Assembly: GCF_009834535.1 (NCBI RefSeq)
Contig: NC_045696.1
Coordinates: forward strand, 682,001 to 746,000
DNA length: 64,000 nucleotides
DNA from: Camelus ferus
Taxonomy: Eukaryota
Direction of reading: 5' to 3'
Shown: positions 56,801 through 64,000 of the stretch, piece by piece
How the letters are laid out: each line of letters starts with the position of its first letter
How positions within the stretch are numbered: the stretch's first letter is position 1
Position numbers and translations under genes: made by a program
Notes under the pieces: generated by a model
Databases searched by the model: none
Told to the model about the DNA's origin: nothing
Seen by the model: only the letters and a program-made list of their open reading frames with translations

Positions 56801-59800
56801 GACTCCACCCCCCGCCCAGCGCCTTGTCTGTTCAGTGACGTGGTCGGACTGAGTCAGTGAAGCCTGTCCCTCTGCGGCACTGTCTGCGCCCCCCGCTGTC
56901 CTCTTTAAGCCTGGCTTCGAGCCCTCGAGCCAGCAGCCAGCAGAGCTCCGCCTTTGGTTGCTGGGTCCGTGTGGCTGGGAGGCTGCTGTCACACTTGGGG
57001 CCCTGTTCACAGTTGGCCCGTGTTCAGCCAGGGACTCGTCGCTCAGAAGCCACCTCTCTGCTCGCCCCTGGAAGCGCACAGCCCCAAGCTCGCGCACAGC
57101 CCGACGGCCACCAGGAGTGGCAATGACTCACCAGGGCCTCCCGCCTGGCTTGGCCCCGTGTCCAGCTGCTGTCCCCAGCTGGGTGCGCTTCGGTTTTGGC
57201 TGTGCCCCCCAGGCCCTTCCCAGTCTGACCAAATAAAGTCCAGAATAGCAGACCCTCTGGGCTTTGGAATGGAAGCTGGGGGAGGGCCTCACTTCATCAG
57301 CTGCTCCGGCAGGATTCTCCCTGTACAGTGGGACCTATGGGGTAGGGGGACGGGCAGCCCCTGCCCTGGAGGCCATGCTGGCTCCTCCGCCCAAGGACCC
57401 GGGAGACGGGCATTGCCACAGATCTGCCGAGCTCCCCGGAAGGCTTCTACACGACCCAGAGCGGGGCGGGTGCACCCCCCCCCCCCAAACGCTGCGGCTG
57501 CGGTCTTGCTAAGCCCCTGTAGGTTTTGTGGAATAAATGCATCTTAAGTGAAAGGCCGCCCCTGCTCATCCTGACAGGCCCCGGGTGCCTCTTCGAGGGC
57601 AGGCTTCCTGTGAGCTCCTCCCACTGCAATTCCGGGAGCCCCCCTCCCAGTTCACATATTTTTAAAAGGAAAGAAGGCAAAGCCCGGGGCGTCTCTGCAT
57701 GAGGGCAAAGTTCAGCCTCTCTCCTTTGTGCTCATCTCTGTTTTCTGATTTCTAAAATAAACACACGTTTAGACAATAGAAAAGAAACAATGAAATCTCA
57801 CTTACAAACATGAGAACACGTGGTGCTTAACAGCCAGGCCTGCCCGTGGTCCCCTGCGAGCAACTTGCCGGCAGAGGACCCTAACCCGACGCCGGCCCCA
57901 CTCCAGTCCCGCCTCCCCGTGCAGTTTTGTCCTTAGGCTCCTGTGCTTCCCTGGGGTCTTTGTGTCGGAAGCAGGTGTCTCGCTGTGCTCCGCCTTCCCG
58001 GTGGACCCCAGGCGGGGCTGACCTCTTTACAGCTCCAGGCCACGGCTGTAAGCGTTTTTTCAGCTGCGCTGCTGGTGCCTTCACCGAGGCCCCGGCAGCC
58101 CCTCCTCCCCGGCGGGCAGGGCTCTCAGGCTGGAGCATCAGTCGCTCTGACCGCGACCCAGGCGTTCTCCCAGCAGACTCCCCTGCTTTCCCACCAGAAA
58201 GCAAAGGCAGCTCCGGGTTCTCAGTTAACGGGCTGCTTGGAAACAGGACTTGGCCCCGGCTGGCCCGGAGAGGGCTGCAGGGCAGAAGACCTGCTCAGGC
58301 GGACTCTGAAGCCCGTCCTGCCGCCCGGGCCCTGCCCTGCCTCCAGGCCGCCCTCTCCCCGGGTTATCTGTTCTGTGACGCTTTCCCTCCGGGTCCTCAC
58401 TGCGTGTTTACTGAAGGTCAGATGCACACCCAGGAGACCAAGGGCAGGGGCCTCCCTCCTGCCGTCGGCTCCCGCCCCACTGTGAGCTTGTGCAGCTGAG
58501 ACGGGGTGGCTGGGTTTTTGCCAAACTTTCAGACAGTCAGGCCCAATTTCACATCTGGCTGGACCTCCTCCCGAGGGGTCCTTAGGGTGTAAATAGGAAC
58601 TAATGGAGCCGGGAAAGCTGGTGAGAAAGGAACACAGACGGGCCTGGGACTGCAGGACTGGTTGAATCCTTGTCTCAGCTCTGTGAACTGACTAGAAACG
58701 CACTGAGCCGGACGGCATGGCTGGGGTGCCCGGCACCCAAACGGGGAACCAGAGCCAGGCTGCAACCCGGCGGGCCCTGCGGGTCTCTGCCATCCTCTGT
58801 GCTCGGAGCTGGCTCTGCCCTGCGGCCAAGGGCAGGTTTCCTCGGAGAGACCGGAGGCAGAAAACGTTTCCTCCCGCGTGGTGCACTGCCCGCCAGCCTC
58901 AGGAGAAGGCCAGGGAACCGCCGCCACCCGCTCAGCTTCCCTCCCGCGAGCCGGGCTCCCTGGCCCTGCCTGTCCCCGAGATCGTGGGTCTGGGGTCCTC
59001 ATCTTCCCCCAGGAAGCAGACAGAGTGCCCGCTCTGCGGAAATCTTGGAGACGGGACACGAGCCTGACCCAAAGTGGTGGCCCCCAGGGTCAGGTCTGAG
59101 CCCAGGACAGGAGCTGCAGGCGCCACTGTCAGCACTGGATGCCACACAGCGCCCACCCACCTCACGTAGCAGGAGGAGCCCCACATGTAATAAGGAGCAG
59201 ACACTCCAGGACACAGGGAAGCAGGGAGGGGCTGCCTGTCTGGGGGCCGCTCGGGGCCCAGTGTCTGCAACTTGGGGCCCCATGGGTGTGGGCACGGGAG
59301 CGGGGTGGGGGGTGAGCCGTGGGCAGTGCGGCTGAGCACCGTGGCCTTTCCCGGAGGCAGCGAGACCACGGCCTCTGCCTGACTCAGCAGGGTTTGTGCA
59401 GAGCCCCACGGGGCCTCGCCCCTCTGCCTGCCCCAGAGTTGCTGTCAGAGCGCCAGCCAGGCCTCACGTGAGCAGCTGGGTGGCTTGGCCAGGCCAGGCA
59501 CCCTGCCTGCCCAGAAGGAGGTGGCGGCCCTGTCCCAGCCTCCTCTACCCACCCTGGACTGGGCCTCCAGACCTCGGGCCAGCCACACCCACCAGGGCCG
59601 TTTGGGAAAGAAACAGGCCCTCTTCCTCTGCTGCTCTGTTCTCTCCTCCCTGGTCCTCCCGGGGCTGCCCTGCCATCATTTCTGAAGTCGGACTCGGGCC
59701 AGAACCCGGTGGTTCTCCAGAGGCCCTGCTGGGTTGGGGGGCGGGCCAAGGCACCCCCATGGGGACACCGCGGCCTGTGGGGCTCCCACCCTCCAGCCAC

Positions 59801-62800
59801 ACACTGCCCCATCCCACCTCCTCACTGACCCCACCTCCAGGATGTGGGCCCCTGGCCTCGCCTCGCGTAGACGGAAGCCACCTCCACGCTTTCAGGCCCC
59901 TGTGTCCAGGGGGCACATGACCTCCTCGGGGAGACGTAGCCCCCAGGTGGCGCTGCCTGGTGGTAAAATTTTTCAATTAGTTACCAATGTGAGTTTTCAC
60001 GTAAAAATCCAGTCTCCACCAACAGGCGCTGCAGGGCTTCTGCCCTGTGAGTGAGGGTTTTCTGGAGACACCCGGGCCCTGCTGCACACACACCTGGGCC
60101 TCCCCAGGCCAGCCCCACCCCCGGCTGTGAGGAGAGAACCTGCCTCAACTGGCCGTGGTGGCTGCAGCGCGAGGACGTCAGGGTGCTTCCCGTCCTCTGC
60201 GCGTGGGCTCTCTCGGCAGCAAACTCGTCCCCGGGGTGCGCAGCTGGGGGCCCGGGTCCCTGCAGAGGGCAGGGGTGGATGAAGGAGCTGCTTCCAGGCA
60301 GAGGCTGAGGGCCCAGAGGCTTGGGGACACACATATGCGGCCTGCAGAGGAGCTGCCGTGTGAGGCTGGGAAGATGGAAGCAAAAACGTCCGGGTGACGG
60401 GAAAAGGGACAGTCCGAGCCGTGCTCCTGGCGGGCAGTCCATCTGCAGACACTCCGCCTCTGAGCCGCGCGGCAGCCTTGGGGACCGAGGGCGCCAGGGA
60501 GCTCGGAGCTGCCGGGCAGGGCGTCTCTGCCCCGACGCCATGCACACTGCCGGGCTCTGAGTAAGCAGGACCAGGACGGAAATGTGCAGCAGTCTTTGGG
60601 CCCCAGCCGTGTGCTTTGATGACAGTCCCAGGACCCTTGGAATCCGTGGACAGCACCCACCCCACATGAGAGCTGGGGCCCGCGACCCAGCGTCGGGATG
60701 GGGACAGGTGACGGACAAAGCGTCCACTGAGCCCAACTTCGTCTGTTAAAAACACTTCAGGATGGGACAGAGCCCACCCCCAGGAGCACAGATGGCTGGG
60801 GAAAGGGCTAATTTAGTCATAATTCAGCTTGTTTTTCTCACTAAGAGCATTTCCCAGAGGGAGCCTTAGTTCAGATTTCCTCTGGCAGCAGCTGGAGCAG
60901 GAACGGGGCTCGGTGTCCCCCGTCGACCCCCCCAGCCCACGGCCTCCTTCCCACTCTGTGGGACCTGCTGGGAGGGGGCAGGGGAGGGCAGCATGCGGGG
61001 AGGGCCTTCCAGGAGGGGGCAGGGCCCTTCCTCACTGCCTGTCTTTGGGGGGCCTGACACAGCTGGGCGGGCGCGGGGTACACAGCCTTCCCGTGAAGGG
61101 CCAGATGGCCACAAGGGCAGAGAGTGGCGGCCGTGGGGTGACAGGACCACGAGAGCCAGGCCCCAAGGCCTGTCCCTGGCCCGAGTCCTCAGCTGGGGCC
61201 CTGCCTGCCTGGGTTTGGGGGAGGCTGTCACACACCAGTTTACTCAGTGAAGGATTTGCCGGACAACAGGGCCTGCACCCGGTCCATTACCCGGCCCCTG
61301 AGCTGAGCTGTGAGGTCGGACGCAGTGGAATGACACCTAAGCTGTGGGTGGCAGGGCCCATCTCCCTGCGGTGGCCGCAGACGTGCCCACAGAGTAGGGA
61401 GGGAGCTCCTGGGCGTCCTGGCTGGGCGGCCCCTAACTGGTTCCTCAGAGGAGACACACGGCCCACCCCAGCCACCTCCTCCCAGGGCCAGCGGGCGGCT
61501 GACCTCCCAGGCTTCCCCCGGCTCCACTTCAGGGCCCGTGTCCGAGGGATTCAGCCGAGCACTGGCCGTGGGCCATGCTCTCCCGTGGGTGGAGGGGCCC
61601 AGAGCCTTCATCCGGGCGGGCAAGCAGGGACACTGGTCCAGCTCCTCCTCTCTGTCGGCACGTAGAGGGTGTGCCTGCTGCTGGGATGCCTGTTGTAAGG
61701 AGGAGCCCCGCCCCCACCCCGCCCCTGTGCCCCATCCCCTGTCCCCGTCCTGCTCCCAGGCTTGCAAGGCGGGACAGGACCAGAGCGTGACCCCAGCTCT
61801 GAGGTCACGGGGCTGTGGAGGCTCCTTCCTGCGGGCTGCCGTCGGCAGTTCACGTCCAGCCCAGAGGCGGGGCCGCCTGGAAACTCCGTCCTAGAGGGCA
61901 CCCCCCCACTGCCCCCACTCGCGCCGAAGGGGAAGAATGCAGGGCCGACAAAGACAGCTGAAGGTACACACGCGTAATTTCTCTCCCCTCTCTGCGCAGT
62001 GACAGCAGCCAGGTCTCGGCACGTCCACAACCGAGAGCCACTGGCACTGAAACCCTCATGACCAGAGGCATGAGGGGCTAGAACCCGTGAGGAGACCCTG
62101 GTCAGCATGTCACTGGGAGGACGCGGCCTCCACACGCCCCCCCTGAGCAGAGAGCTGGAGCCGGGAGGGTGGAGGGGAGAGGAGGACGCTGTTCGTCTGC
62201 ATGCAGGGGCGTTGTGGGGATGGGGACATAGGCCTGGGGCTGGTGGGGGCCAGGTGGGGCCAGGTGGGGCCAGGTGGCTCCAGCTGACAGCAAGCGGGCA
62301 GCTCTGCCCAGTGGCTGCTTCTCTCACCAGGAGTGGCTGTAACTCTCACGTGGGGCTGGGGACCCCAGAACTCCTTTCCAACATCAGCCCCAATGGGGAG
62401 TTGAGGGTGTCCTGGCCAGGACACTTGGGGGTGCCCACTGGGTAGGGCCCAAGGCCCTGCAGCAAGCTCTGGGTCCTGCTCGGCTGCACCTCCCCACCCC
62501 CCAGTAAGGGCCTCCTCTTCCCATTCACGGCCTCGGCAGGATGTGTGGGAAAGCGTGTCTTTCTATAGGAAGCATGGCTGGAAGGAGGTAAGTGGTGGAG
62601 GCTGGACGGACAGGGCGAGACCAGGAGGGGAGGGCAGGTCACGGTGGCTGAGGTCACGCTAAGGAGGCAGGAACAAGAACCAGAGAACAGCGTCCAAGGG
62701 CACGAAGCAAAACAGCAAGTAAAAGAAGGACAAAAACACAAAAGCAACAAAGGCTCTGATTCGCTCCTCAGTCCAAGGCAAGTGGAGGCAGAAAACAGGC

Positions 62801-62949
62801 CGAGGCCCCGACGGCGACCCCGCAGGCCTCCAGGTGGTGGTGTCGCTCCCGAGAGCAACGGAAACCTCGTGCACCGACGTCTCTAGGCCCGTCAGACCTT
62901 GGAGATTAATGGTTTTATCTGAGAATTCCTCACCCTGAGAAAAGGGTAC

Positions 62950-64000
62950 ATTTTTCTCTTCGAGTGTTTAAGGAGACAAAGAAAACCTCAGTAAATGTAG
63001 ACACTGCGTTCTGTAGTTTAAGTGCAAAAATACTGAAAAAAAAAATTAATAATGAAAATAGGGGGAAAGAATCTACAAGGAACCCCCACCAAACTCTCCA
63101 CTATTCACTGGTTTCAAATGAACCAAGGCTCCAGAGACAGGCTAATTAGAACATAATATATAAAGAAAAACACTAGAGCCGCTGGGACACGGTTAACCCA
63201 CACGTTGAAGAAGGTGCGTCTTAAAGCACCTGCCTCACCGAAGGTGACGGGTGGATGTGAACGAGGCTGATTTCCACGGTGGTAAGTGTGAAAACGAAAC
63301 TTACAACAGAAGAAAGGATTAATAAAAATAAACATGGAGCAACCGAAACAGAAACGTAACAGAACAGTGAGAAAATCTAAAAGCACATCTTTGGGGGAAA
63401 AAGGCAATAAAATAACTAGACACACTGGTAACTCCAGCGAGAAGAACAGACAGAGAAAGAAACACAGAATTTTAAAACGAGAAAAGGAAATAAGCACAGA
63501 CGAGAGGAAATGAAAGGCTGAGTCCGTCCAGACAAACAATGGGCCGAAGTGGAGGATCTTGGTAAACTGCCGAGCCTCGTCCACAGACCAGAGTCTGAGC
63601 AGGTCGGCTTCCGCCGGGGCCTGGGAGCCGCACCCGCGGGCGGCCGCTGCTCGCCCGGCAGCCCCTCCGCAGGCCCACGGTGCAGGTTTCAGCCGGGAAG
63701 CGGCCAGCCTGCCCCTGAGGGTCAGCGACAGCATAAGGGCCAGGCCCACACCTGCTGGGAGTCCAGGGAGGGGCCGGGAGGAGCCGGACAGCATGGGCTT
63801 GGGCCCATTTGCGTCTTACAGTCCTGTTGCAAGGGTCGGGGGTCCATGTGGTGGGAAGACTTTCTTTCCACTCTGTGTCGTTTGTTTTACCTGAACGTTT
63901 AAAAATCTAAGTACATGTGTTACCTTTTCAGGAAGAAAATAGTGTAAATTGACAAGTGTTCATGGACGGATGACAAGATAAACAAAGCGTGGTCCGCCCA
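62950..64000 (+). mobile_element. Old L1 fragments (ORF2 and 3' UTR-like)
   Basis: A-rich L1-like relics: agtgcaaaaatactgaaaaaaaaattaat; agtgagaaaatctaaaagcacatctttgggggaaaaaggcaataaaataactagacac. Confidence 0.5.

Noticed and set aside
62251..62277. (CAGGTGGGGC)x3, and similar tiny duplications at 1213-1245, 2284-2308 and 52405-52427
   Set aside because: Short slippage duplications with no further support for function.
44300..64000. Expected neighbour PCBP3 3' exons
   Set aside because: No KH-domain-coding exons recognised in the 20 kb upstream of COL6A1; probably outside the window.

Overview
Mammalian genomic DNA, most likely a camelid judging from one tRNA-derived SINE remnant at ~56.4-56.5 kb. 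The only protein-coding gene I can support is a complete, intact COL6A1 (collagen VI alpha-1) on the minus strand. It has 35 coding exons from ATG 43958 to TAG 23799, all with GT-AG junctions, giving 3084 nt and 1027 aa. The protein comprises a signal peptide, an N1 vWA domain, a Gly-X-Y helix, and C1 and C2 vWA domains. The poly(A) signal is at 23077-23082 and a TATA-less AP-1/Sp1 promoter lies at ~44.0-44.2 kb. Bases 1-17.6 kb (3' of the gene) form an AT-rich block of old L1, MaLR, MER and MIR remnants. This block contains an orphan CpG-island promoter at 5.5-6.7 kb. From ~18 kb onward the DNA is very GC-rich, and nearly all ORFs in the supplied track are spurious. I found no CRISPR array, rRNA, tRNA or prokaryotic feature, and no clearly new biological system. 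The best leads are the orphan CpG-island promoter with nearby candidate exons, a G-rich higher-order VNTR between two 21-nt micro-exons, upstream enhancer motif clusters, a candidate intronic poly(A) site, and GC-converted L1 fossils. Repeat family names and human/mouse comparisons come from recalled knowledge, not a database search.
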